34,912 bases of DNA from a virus. Its lineage: Duplodnaviria; Caudoviricetes. The notes under the pieces were generated by a model. It had not been told where the DNA came from and made no database searches. It saw only the letters and a list, made by a program, of their open reading frames with translations. Of the stretch, positions 17,056 through 24,399 are shown piece after piece. Location: IMG/VR virus record IMGVR_UViG_3300046805_000140, positions 1 to 34,912 of that record. One strand, 5' to 3'. The position numbers and the translations under genes are program-made. Positions within the stretch are counted from its first letter, which is position 1, and every line of letters starts with the position of its first letter.

Positions 17056-17191
17056 TTGGGTGGGGTGTAAAAGCCCCACTCCAATTCGCCAGGCTGATTA
17101 GGGCGATCACAGAAATACTATAGAGCAAGGCTACTGCAGGCCTAAAGAAGCAGACATCCTGAGCAGGATCCAAAAAGGCTCCCCGCAAGGG
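17056..17191 (+). ncRNA. Multi-hairpin structured intergenic RNA ending in pseudoknot copy 3 (17156-17181)
   Basis: Stems GTGGGGT/GCCCCAC, TCGCC/GGCGA, CTGC/GCAG, then ATC-CT-GAGCA-G-GAT-CCAAAAAG-GCTC and CCC-GCAA-GGG. Confidence 0.5.
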
Positions 17192-17255
17192 TCCTTGACA
17201 AATGTCAGTGGCCAGTAGTACAATTAAACTAACCAACAAACAGAAAGAGGCCCCC

Positions 17256-17675
17256 ATGGACCAGTCAACAAATATCGTAGTAAATGCAACAGAAGAGTTT
17301 CTTCGTGATTCGCTAGCAAAAGCAACATTGCGTGTTACACAACTTGAGGAGCACATCCAAAAGGTAACCCAACGTTCATATGCAGATTCTGCAGAACGTA
17401 ACCGCATTACAGAAGAAATGCAAGAATGGACCCTAGGCGCCCTAGAGTCAGGAACTATCAATGAAACAGAAGCAGAAGAGATTGCTGCAATTGTTGGATT
17501 TGAACTAACAAAAGAATTTGAAGTTGAAGTAACAGTTTTGTATTCAATGACAATTAATGCACGTGATGAAGAGTCTGCACAAAATGCGGTCCACGATATT
17601 GATTTTGATACTGTGCAATACAATGATGAAAATATTTCATGGTTGTCTGCCAGTGTTGACCGTGTAGAAATTTAG
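17256..17675 (+). CDS. Hypothetical acidic protein
   Basis: Start reassigned to ATG 17256 (GAAAGAGG RBS; promoter TTGACA-18-TACAAT 17195-17224). Confidence 0.8.
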   Translation: MDQSTNIVVNATEEFLRDSLAKATLRVTQLEEHIQKVTQRSYADSAERNRITEEMQEWTLGALESGTINETEAEEIAAIVGFELTKEFEVEVTVLYSMTINARDEESAQNAVHDIDFDTVQYNDENISWLSASVDRVEI

Positions 17676-17725
17676 TAGGGGGCTACTAAACCAAAGACAT
17701 GTCGCATGTCTCTAAACTAGGCAAG

Positions 17726-17754
17726 GGCCCTAAGCATGGCCATGTAAACTGCTT
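17726..17754 (+). ncRNA. Compact H-type pseudoknot element, copy 4
   Basis: GGCC-CT-AAGCA-T-GGCC-ATGTAAAC-TGCTT followed by T-tract. Confidence 0.7.
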
Positions 17755-17774
17755 TTTTTATTTGCAAAAAATTC

Positions 17775-17895
17775 GCCGACCCATTTTTCTTAATTTGTCA
17801 AGTTACGAACCTGTGATTAAGATCACCTGAAAAATGTCCGATTTATCCCTATCTAACTATCCTGATTTGCATTTGTCAGCCCATCCTGCTATACT
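17775..17895 (+). promoter_or_regulatory. Cassette regulatory block
   Basis: GCCGAC 17775; TTGTCAAGTTACGA; TGTGA-N6-TCACC 17812; TTGCAT-17-TATACT with TGTCAG at 17874. Confidence 0.7.
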
Positions 17896-17930
17896 TAGAA
17901 TTCAACAACAAAAAGAAAGAAGGAAAACCT

Positions 17931-18953
17931 ATGGCACATGACCTAGAAATACAAAACGGCAAGACATCTTTTGCGTCTTTCCGTGAACCTGCATGGCATG
18001 GATTGGGTACTGTATTCACAGAAGAAAAAACAACCGCAGAAATGTTAGAGGCTGCAAGTCTCAATGGTTGGAATGTTCGTCTTGAGGATTTAGAAACCCC
18101 TACACATCTAACAAGCGACAAGGCATACCAGTATGTTTTGCGTACTAACCCTACAGACTCAACACAGACAGACATTCTTGGTGTCGTTGGTGAGCGCTAT
18201 CATGTTATGCAGAATGAAGATTTATTTTCATTTGGTGATAACATTCTTGATGGTGGTGGGCGTTGGGAGACTGCTGGTTCAATCAAGGGTGGGCGTGTAG
18301 TATTTGGCGCTCTTGCTCTTGAGCGTGAAACAATTCTTGACCCTAATGGTGTATCTGATAAGGTAAAAACTTATTTGCTCATCAACACATCACACGATGG
18401 CTCAATCGCTATTCAAGCAAGCATAACACCTGTTCGTGTTGTGTGCGCTAACACTCTCAACCTTGCTCTTGGTGGCGTAGGTCGCAAGAAGAATAAGAAC
18501 ATCAAGCAATCTTTCAAGATTCGCCATACACAAACTGCAAGCGGTAAGGTACAAGTTGCTCGTGAGACTCTTGGTCTTGCTAACGCTTACATGGACGAAT
18601 TCGACATCATGGCTAAGGCAATGATTGAGAAGCAAGTCAATGCTAAGCAATTCAATGACATTGTTCTTGCTGCTTATACAAAGCCTGAAAAAGATTCTAA
18701 GGGTGCTGTAAAGAAGTGGGAAAACAAGATTGACATCATCAACGACATCTACACAGGCGAATTCAATGGAATGATTGCTGGTAATGCGTGGGGTGCTTTC
18801 AATGCTCTAACTGAGCGCCTTGATTGGTATCGTTCTGCTCGTGGTGGTTCTAACGAATCTATCCTTGCAAGCGCAAGCGGATTTGACCCTGCTATCAACG
18901 CAGAAAAGAATCGTCTGCTAAAAGTTGTACAGAATGTAATGCAACTCGCATAA
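17931..18953 (+). CDS. DUF932 family (TIGR03299 phage/plasmid-like) protein
   Basis: MAH......REPAWHGLG, LGVVG.RY...QN, ETAGS..GG..VF, YLL..TSHDGS, TPVRVVCANTL, IRHT, AWGAFNA.TE..DW. Confidence 0.9.
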   Translation: MAHDLEIQNGKTSFASFREPAWHGLGTVFTEEKTTAEMLEAASLNGWNVRLEDLETPTHLTSDKAYQYVLRTNPTDSTQTDILGVVGERYHVMQNEDLFSFGDNILDGGGRWETAGSIKGGRVVFGALALERETILDPNGVSDKVKTYLLINTSHDGSIAIQASITPVRVVCANTLNLALGGVGRKKNKNIKQSFKIRHTQTASGKVQVARETLGLANAYMDEFDIMAKAMIEKQVNAKQFNDIVLAAYTKPEKDSKGAVKKWENKIDIINDIYTGEFNGMIAGNAWGAFNALTERLDWYRSARGGSNESILASASGFDPAINAEKNRLLKVVQNVMQLA

Positions 18954-18959
18954 CAAAAA

Positions 18960-18987
18960 AATTCCTAAGCATGAATTAAAACTGCTT
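18960..18987 (+). ncRNA. Compact H-type pseudoknot element, copy 5
   Basis: AATTC-CT-AAGCA-T-GAATT-AAAAC-TGCTT, 3 nt before tRNA-Asp. Confidence 0.7.
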
Positions 18988-18990
18988 CAC

Positions 18991-19064
18991 GATTCGTTAG
19001 ATCAATTGGTTAGATCGCTACCCTGTCACGGTAGAGGCTACGGGTTCAAGTCCCGTACGAATCG
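18991..19064 (+). tRNA. trnD: tRNA-Asp(GTC)
   Basis: Acceptor GATTCGT/ACGAATC, D-stem GATC/GATC, anticodon arm CTACC-CTGTCAC-GGTAG, T-loop TTCAAGT, discriminator G; no encoded CCA. Confidence 0.92.
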
Positions 19065-19224
19065 CAATAAATAAATATGCAACGCAATGCATAAAAATCG
19101 GGCCGACCAAAAATGTCAACTCTAAATTTAATTACGAACATCGGCATATTTCCCCTAAAATGTCAAACCATAAAATCTTTACGAAGAACTTGACATTTCC
19201 CCCAAACCATGCAATAATTAATAC

Positions 19225-19383
19225 ATGACCCAAACCCTAAGAGTACAAGAACTAGTTGACCATATCTATGATGAAAACTTAAATCATTTTGAGTTTCATG
19301 AAAACATGGGTGGAGAAGATTGTGACTGCCACCTACACATAACCCTAGAAACCATTGTAAAGTATTGGGAGGAACTATGCTAG
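19225..19383 (+). CDS. Small hypothetical protein (CDCH)
   Basis: 52 aa; leaderless after TTGACA promoter at 19190. Confidence 0.65.
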   Translation: MTQTLRVQELVDHIYDENLNHFEFHENMGGEDCDCHLHITLETIVKYWEELC

Positions 19384-19529
19384 GCTATACAGAAACAGAT
19401 ATTGCAGTAATGACAGATGCTATGGAAGATGCTATCAAATCAGGTAGATTGTCTTCTGAGATAACAGATGGTTTGGAGAAGGCTATGTCTTTCTTTGATG
19501 GCCTATGGGCAGAAGGGTACTTTGACTAA
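19377..19529 (+). CDS. Small hypothetical protein
   Basis: 50 aa; GGAGG RBS. Confidence 0.65.
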   Translation: MLGYTETDIAVMTDAMEDAIKSGRLSSEITDGLEKAMSFFDGLWAEGYFD

Positions 19530-19639
19530 TGCATAATCATTATTGGGAATGTGATGATGTACCAGGATATTTTTACTGTGCCTGCGGAGTTACGGCTATC
19601 CATAACAGAGAAACAGGATTGAAGGACATCCATGACTAA
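19529..19639 (+). CDS. Small hypothetical protein (H.HYW...CACG)
   Basis: 36 aa; TAATG overlap. Confidence 0.55.
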   Translation: MHNHYWECDDVPGYFYCACGVTAIHNRETGLKDIHD

Positions 19640-19721
19640 AGAAGATATCATTGTTATATGTGAACAGGCTATTGATGCCTTAGAAGAAGTCCGTGCCTAT
19701 TTAGTTAATCAAGGAGACTAA
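19632..19721 (+). CDS. Small helical peptide
   Basis: 29 aa; AAGGA RBS. Confidence 0.55.
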   Translation: MTKEDIIVICEQAIDALEEVRAYLVNQGD

Positions 19722-19722
19722 T

Positions 19723-19953
19723 ATGTGGAGTAAATATACATTTGTTTGTGACCCTGATGAGTGTGATGCCCTGGTTGAGTTTACTGTTAGAGATGGCTTT
19801 GGCTTTCCCCTGGGATCTGTAGAGATGACCTGCCCATGTGGTAGGAAGTTAAATTATATTAGTTATGAAGATGCTTGGGAGCCTATCCTTGCAGATGTGA
19901 CGAAGATCACACCCAGAGAAGTTGTAAAAATCAACACAAACCCCTATAATTGA
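19723..19953 (+). CDS. Small Zn-ribbon protein (CDPDEC...CPCG)
   Basis: 76 aa; AAGGAG RBS; 3' end contains a perfect TGTGA-N6-TCACA (19896) and a promoter. Confidence 0.7.
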   Translation: MWSKYTFVCDPDECDALVEFTVRDGFGFPLGSVEMTCPCGRKLNYISYEDAWEPILADVTKITPREVVKINTNPYN

Positions 19954-19956
19954 TAT

Positions 19957-20109
19957 ATGGACCTAAACACATTCAAAGAATATATAAACCTACACCTAAT
20001 CAGTCTTGAACAAGACCTTGAAGAAAACCCTGCCTCTATCCATGTGGTAGATATCGAGGGACAAATCTATGCTACTAAACATCTAATGGAGGTTCTTAAT
20101 GAGCGATAA
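19957..20109 (+). CDS. Small hypothetical protein
   Basis: 50 aa; leaderless, TATAAT 6 nt upstream. Confidence 0.65.
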   Translation: MDLNTFKEYINLHLISLEQDLEENPASIHVVDIEGQIYATKHLMEVLNER

Positions 20110-20338
20110 GTATCCCTTCATCCCCGAACATTTGACAAAGGCTTTAGAGGACACATCTATCCCCCTTATTGACCTAATGCATGGCCACCTCAAAGTAGAA
20201 ATGCTGGAGGTAGAAGAGGCAATGAAAGATAATCCTGATAGATTCCTACAGGGGTATATCGAGGCCTTGACAAATATGTATTGCATGACGTATAATTTAT
20301 CTATAGAAAGAAAACACATAGAGGAGACCCTAGTATGA
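20099..20338 (+). CDS. Hypothetical protein
   Basis: 79 aa; GGAGG RBS. Confidence 0.65.
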   Translation: MSDKYPFIPEHLTKALEDTSIPLIDLMHGHLKVEMLEVEEAMKDNPDRFLQGYIEALTNMYCMTYNLSIERKHIEETLV

Positions 20339-20562
20339 AACCACAAGAAATGTTAGAAAGCATGATTGACAATGCTTGGACAGATTTCAATGAAATCGCA
20401 CAGGCAGAAGAAGAAGATGGCTACTCAGACGCAATGCAGTCTATGGAGCGCACAGAGGCTCAGGGGTATGCAGAAGGACTATCAGTTGCATACTCTCTAG
20501 TATATGACAAACCTTATAATCCAAAAGTTTCTATCTTTGACCCATACGACAGGGATAACTAA
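20335..20562 (+). CDS. Acidic hypothetical protein
   Basis: 75 aa; GAGGAG RBS; ATGA overlap. Confidence 0.7.
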   Translation: MKPQEMLESMIDNAWTDFNEIAQAEEEDGYSDAMQSMERTEAQGYAEGLSVAYSLVYDKPYNPKVSIFDPYDRDN

Positions 20563-20997
20563 ATGAACAATGAAAGATTCATTGAAATGGATTTTGATGA
20601 ATGGTGTGCTACATACAAACCAATCAAGAATCATATAGACAAAGACTCTTCATTTAATGGAGAGATGTTTGAGACATATGGTGATGAGGTCGCTTTCATA
20701 AAGGAGCAGGATAATTCTTATATCTGGACTTATGGCGATGGCGATGATGGTGGTTCTTATATTTGGAATGGCTGGTCTTTTGTTAATCGTATTGGTTACT
20801 TCATTACTGAGGTCCCTTGCCCAATTGACACTACAATCCAAATCAAAGTTAGTTCTTATTGGTACTACTGCGAAGGCTGTAGTGCAGAGATTGAGGACGA
20901 CGGACAATTAATCAATGAGAAGTTCTATGACTTCGATTGCTGCCCACAATGTGCTACACCCCAACAACTAAAGGAGATAGAGGAAGCCAATGCCTAA
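20563..20997 (+). CDS. Hypothetical phage protein (FETYG.E...IWT...G...VNRIGY.IT) with C-terminal Zn finger
   Basis: 144 aa; CEGC...CPQC. Confidence 0.75.
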   Translation: MNNERFIEMDFDEWCATYKPIKNHIDKDSSFNGEMFETYGDEVAFIKEQDNSYIWTYGDGDDGGSYIWNGWSFVNRIGYFITEVPCPIDTTIQIKVSSYWYYCEGCSAEIEDDGQLINEKFYDFDCCPQCATPQQLKEIEEANA

Positions 20998-21181
20998 GTA
21001 CACCGTAACTGCAACACGAGAGACCTACTATGAGTTTGAGGTCGAGGCTGAAGATGAACTTGCTGCTGAAGATCAAGTAAGACAGTTAGAGATTGAAGAT
21101 GACATTGAAACTTATGCCTATGACTGGTATCCTTTAGAGATAGAATCCGTTGAAGAAGAAGAAGAGGAAGAGGTAGAATAA
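20990..21181 (+). CDS. Highly acidic small protein
   Basis: 63 aa; roughly 40% Glu/Asp. Confidence 0.7.
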   Translation: MPKYTVTATRETYYEFEVEAEDELAAEDQVRQLEIEDDIETYAYDWYPLEIESVEEEEEEEVE

Positions 21182-21528
21182 TGGGAGCACGTATTAACTT
21201 TGTCTTTAAAGACAGCGAAGAGGGCCCTCTCGTGGTCCTATACAGTCACTGGGGACAGGATGAATGGGAAAGGGACCTGGCCATGGCTCTACAGCATGCA
21301 GCCCCTCGCCTAGGAGATTCAGCCTATGGCACCCGTATGATTATTAGTTATCTTATGCAAGACTCTATCTTGGATGAGACAGGTTTTGGTATCTATGCTA
21401 TTAGTAATGATGGCTATGACCTAGGAGAACAGACCGTGCTTATTGACTTCACTACTAAGACTGTTACTGATAATGTTTCAGTCGACTTTGATAAATTTGT
21501 GGCTGCTTATTCGCCACTTCCTGTCTAG
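21181..21528 (+). CDS. Hypothetical phage protein (MGAR...LYSHWG...R..D..Y..R)
   Basis: 115 aa; TAATG overlap. Confidence 0.75.
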   Translation: MGARINFVFKDSEEGPLVVLYSHWGQDEWERDLAMALQHAAPRLGDSAYGTRMIISYLMQDSILDETGFGIYAISNDGYDLGEQTVLIDFTTKTVTDNVSVDFDKFVAAYSPLPV

Positions 21529-21553
21529 GCTGGGTCGCTTAGACAAACTAAAT

Positions 21554-21600
21554 AAGGTGACAGGGGCGCCTGAGGGGTCTTGCGCTTCTGTCCCTTTTTT
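21554..21600 (+). terminator. Intrinsic terminator
   Basis: GACAGGGGCGC...GCGCTTCTGTC stem followed by T-tract. Confidence 0.7.
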
Positions 21601-21625
21601 GATACAATAGATACGAGGGAGAACT

Positions 21626-21829
21626 ATGCGTATAAGTAAACGAGTTACAGAGGAAGAAAAGGTAGCAATAAAACTAGGTAACATTTTGTCAGACTTGCGG
21701 GTAGACATAGAACTAGTTGGAAGATACTTAGCACGCTCTACCCCCACGGTAGTGTATAATCGATTAGTAACAGTAACAGAGTCAGCAACCTATGAGAAAG
21801 AGGATAAGCATAATGAGTACAAGTACTAG
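21626..21829 (+). CDS. Hypothetical protein
   Basis: 67 aa; TGATACAAT and GAGGGAG upstream. Confidence 0.7.
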   Translation: MRISKRVTEEEKVAIKLGNILSDLRVDIELVGRYLARSTPTVVYNRLVTVTESATYEKEDKHNEYKY

Positions 21830-22076
21830 TTTTGAGAAGCGTTGTCAAATCCTATCAGACCTATGGATTACATACGGAAATGAGCCAGAACTATCTGACT
21901 TCGTATCATACAATGACCTAGGTTTGGCATTAGCATTTGCAATCAGTGAAGACATCGTAAAGACTACAACAGTAGCAGAGTCATACATACATGAGAGTTT
22001 CGATCTACTCCTAGAGTCCATGAAGTTAGAAGATACTGGATTTGAAGGTTTGGATGAAGTCTTCTCTAAAGGTTGA
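21813..22076 (+). CDS. Hypothetical protein (YNDLGL.LA)
   Basis: Start reassigned to ATG 21813 with GAGGA RBS. Confidence 0.7.
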   Translation: MSTSTSFEKRCQILSDLWITYGNEPELSDFVSYNDLGLALAFAISEDIVKTTTVAESYIHESFDLLLESMKLEDTGFEGLDEVFSKG

Positions 22077-22081
22077 GAGTT

Positions 22082-22102
22082 GGGGCGAAAGCCCCTTCTT
22101 TT
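22082..22102 (+). terminator. Intrinsic terminator
   Basis: GGGGC-GAAA-GCCCC-TTCTTTT. Confidence 0.75.
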
Positions 22103-22120
22103 AATTCGGCTCGGCGATTT

Positions 22121-22916
22121 GCAAAAAAGGATTACGAACCGACCAAAATTTTTCCTGGATTACGATCCAAGGTATTACGATCCCAAACATTATATCCCCA
22201 AACCTCTTATTTGTCAAATCCTTATAGCGTGGTATAATAAGAGCATGACTCCAAGACACTTTGCAGAATATGCCAAGAGAGATCCTAAGCAATATCAGGC
22301 ATTCTCGGATTCAATGTGGAATGGTTTTGTATCTATCACTAAGCATGTTCCTATTATGGGAAGATTCTTTTCCTTTACCCCCGATTTTATTTACGAAGTA
22401 GCAGAAACGCCAGAGCAGGCCGAAAGTATTGGCATTGGACTTGGCGAGGTATACAATTTTTCCCAGGGGATAGAAAATAACCCTGATATTGATACCAAAT
22501 AACCCCTATATAAACACATAGAAAACAATAGAAAACATATTGTTTTTATTTGATTTCATTTAAAAAGATTACGAAACATATAAAAAATCTCCCAAATTTG
22601 TCGATAATTATGCGTAGCATAAAAACTTGACAAATTGGGACAAACAATGTATACTTCGCTATCGGAATATGGCAGATATGTGGGATATAAAGGTTTGACA
22701 AAGGTTTGGATATGTGGTATAAGATGTTTGGATAGGGAGGTTTGGCAAAAAGGATTACGAAGCCCCTCTATAAAAGGGCTCTATACTCCACTATCCTCCA
22801 CTTCACTCCACTTCTAGGCTATTTAATAATATAATCAGTAAGATCTATCTGTGGATAAAGGTGTGGATAACTAACATTTTATGGGTATTGACATGTGGAT
22901 AACTATGTGATATCCT
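22121..22916. repeat. Origin/terminus-like repeat region: ATTACGA iterons, CTCCACT x3, three DnaA boxes
   Basis: (G)GATTACGA at 22129, 22157, 22567, 22752 and variants at 22171, 22390; CTCCACT at 22786/22796/22806; TGTGGATAA at 22850/22862/22894. Confidence 0.7.
22245..22502 (+). CDS. Hypothetical protein
   Basis: Start reassigned to ATG 22245 after TGGTATAAT. Confidence 0.5.
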   Translation: MTPRHFAEYAKRDPKQYQAFSDSMWNGFVSITKHVPIMGRFFSFTPDFIYEVAETPEQAESIGIGLGEVYNFSQGIENNPDIDTK

Positions 22917-22922
22917 TGATAT

Positions 22923-23042
22923 ATGACATGTACAAAGTATGGATGCAACTATGAACTAGACCTTGATGGTCAAGTAACCTGTACTGTTTGTGGGGCTATG
23001 GATGATGATATCCAGCCTGTTAACCTTGATGTGATAGAATAG
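22923..23042 (+). CDS. Small Zn-ribbon protein
   Basis: 39 aa; leaderless after TTGACA-17-TATCCT. Confidence 0.6.
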   Translation: MTCTKYGCNYELDLDGQVTCTVCGAMDDDIQPVNLDVIE

Positions 23043-23046
23043 TCTA

Positions 23047-23235
23047 ATGCTAACACTCATTCTAATACTAATCACCTGGTATGCTACTAAAGTCTACTAC
23101 ACTAAAAGTCTAACTATTGAAACAACTAAGACAGATCCAAATATGGTTCATGCCAGATGTGCCAAGTGTTCTCAAACCATCTACACCCATGTGGATAACC
23201 TTCGTGTTCCATACTACTGTTTGGCGTGTAAGTGA
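23047..23235 (+). CDS. Membrane-anchored Zn-finger protein
   Basis: N-terminal TM; CAKC...CLAC. Confidence 0.65.
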   Translation: MLTLILILITWYATKVYYTKSLTIETTKTDPNMVHARCAKCSQTIYTHVDNLRVPYYCLACK

Positions 23236-23238
23236 ATC

Positions 23239-23364
23239 ATGGACAAGTTAGAGTCCTCATACAATAAGTTTATGGGCTATCGCATAGCCTGTACCCAGTG
23301 TGATGTTTTATATATCAAACCAAATGATACTCCATTTGTCTGTCTTACCTGCCTATCAGATTGA
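23239..23364 (+). CDS. Small Zn-finger protein (CTQC...CLTC)
   Basis: 41 aa. Confidence 0.55.
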   Translation: MDKLESSYNKFMGYRIACTQCDVLYIKPNDTPFVCLTCLSD

Positions 23365-23379
23365 TGGTATACTGTTTAA

Positions 23380-23901
23380 ATGAGATTAGTAGTAAGAGCC
23401 TATCCAAGATCTGGATCTAACTTTCTATCTCTCAATCTTACTATTTGGACAGACCAGCCAACAGGAGTCTCTCACCTTACAAGCAAGTTAAGAAAAGACC
23501 ATAAGGCAGTCCATATAATCAGAACACCTATTGACTCAATAGCATCTATGATATGGGTTAATGAACAACAAAGCATAGGCAAAGAACTAAAGATAGAGTC
23601 TCGCATAAATGATTATATTGACTTTTATGAATACATGTTGCCAGATACATATACAGTTTGCTTTGATAAACTAATTAAAGAGCCAGCCAAGGTAGTTAAA
23701 GATATCTTAGAACACTTTAATATGGAATATACCAGACATGAGATTGAAAGACCTATCGATAGAATGGTAGAAGGCTTTCATGCAACATCTAGAGGAACAA
23801 CAAGGTTTGATGATATCCATGATGCTGTAACTGCTCATCAGTCAGAGGGTATGGATAGATGTCATGAACTCTATACTAACGCAAGAGCCTTGTGTCGTTA
23901 A
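23380..23901 (+). CDS. Sulfotransferase-fold (P-loop) protein
   Basis: YPRSGSNFL (5'-PSB-like), IIRTPIDSIAS (3'-PB-like), F..L..EP. Confidence 0.75.
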   Translation: MRLVVRAYPRSGSNFLSLNLTIWTDQPTGVSHLTSKLRKDHKAVHIIRTPIDSIASMIWVNEQQSIGKELKIESRINDYIDFYEYMLPDTYTVCFDKLIKEPAKVVKDILEHFNMEYTRHEIERPIDRMVEGFHATSRGTTRFDDIHDAVTAHQSEGMDRCHELYTNARALCR

Positions 23902-24230
23902 AAATCGGGGGACATAACAACCTTGATAGTCTTATTGACCATACGGATCAAGCCTTTCTTTGATATCCGTGATGCATCAAATGTCTCCGTATAACCTCCT
24001 TGTGGCATATCTTCCTTATGTAGGAATGGCTTATGCTTCTTCTTAAGTGTTTGTATTACTAGGGATTCTACGGCTCTTGCCTTATCCCGTTCGAAAAAGT
24101 GCCAATAGGATACTAGGATCCATCCTTTGGTCCTATGAGAGGCAAACCTCTTACCTGTGATATCTGAGATACCCACCTTAATAGCCTTGTGTATGGGGCT
24201 GTAGAGGATGTATAGGATGGCTTCGTTCAT
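23898..24230 (-). CDS. GIY-YIG/T5orf172-like nuclease
   Basis: LYIL......KVGIS.....R...H...A..VE...GGYTETF; leaderless start 24230. Confidence 0.75.
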   Translation of the reverse strand: MNEAILYILYSPIHKAIKVGISDITGKRFASHRTKGWILVSYWHFFERDKARAVESLVIQTLKKKHKPFLHKEDMPQGGYTETFDASRISKKGLIRMVNKTIKVVMSPDF

Positions 24231-24279
24231 ACCCCTATTATACTTGACATACAATGCCAAATTGGGATACAATAGAGTT

Positions 24280-24399
24280 ATGACGCATATTACGAAGTGC
24301 CCTACATGTCACCTATTGATTGAAGATGATACTTTTTGGGAGACTCATCAAACCATGTCAGATGGTCATATCTGGTGCACTAAGAAAGGCAAGCGATGA
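24280..24399 (+). CDS. Small Zn-binding protein
   Basis: CPTC...H...H..C; TTGACA-17-TACAAT upstream. Confidence 0.6.
   Translation: MTHITKCPTCHLLIEDDTFWETHQTMSDGHIWCTKKGKR

Noticed and set aside
17090-17120. CTGATTAG...GAAA as a hammerhead ribozyme core
   Set aside because: The core deviates from CUGAnGA and no stem II forms between the two parts.
16985-17623. 212-aa minus-strand ORF and other antisense ORFs (e.g. 5658..6095, 6640..7026, 17876..18175, 27156..27527, 29686..29931)
   Set aside because: They are shadows of well-supported genes on the opposite strand, with no RBS/promoter or recognisable motifs.
18991-19064. tRNA-Asp as a prophage attachment site
   Set aside because: No duplicated tRNA 3' end or integrase is seen, and both flanks are phage-like.
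22080-22244. N-terminal extension of ORF 22080..22502 with DYDPRYYDP
   Set aside because: It spans a terminator and the ATTACGA DNA repeats, so the peptide repeat is a by-product.
22635-22817. 60-aa ORF in the repeat region
   Set aside because: TTG start with no RBS, composed of DNA-level repeats.
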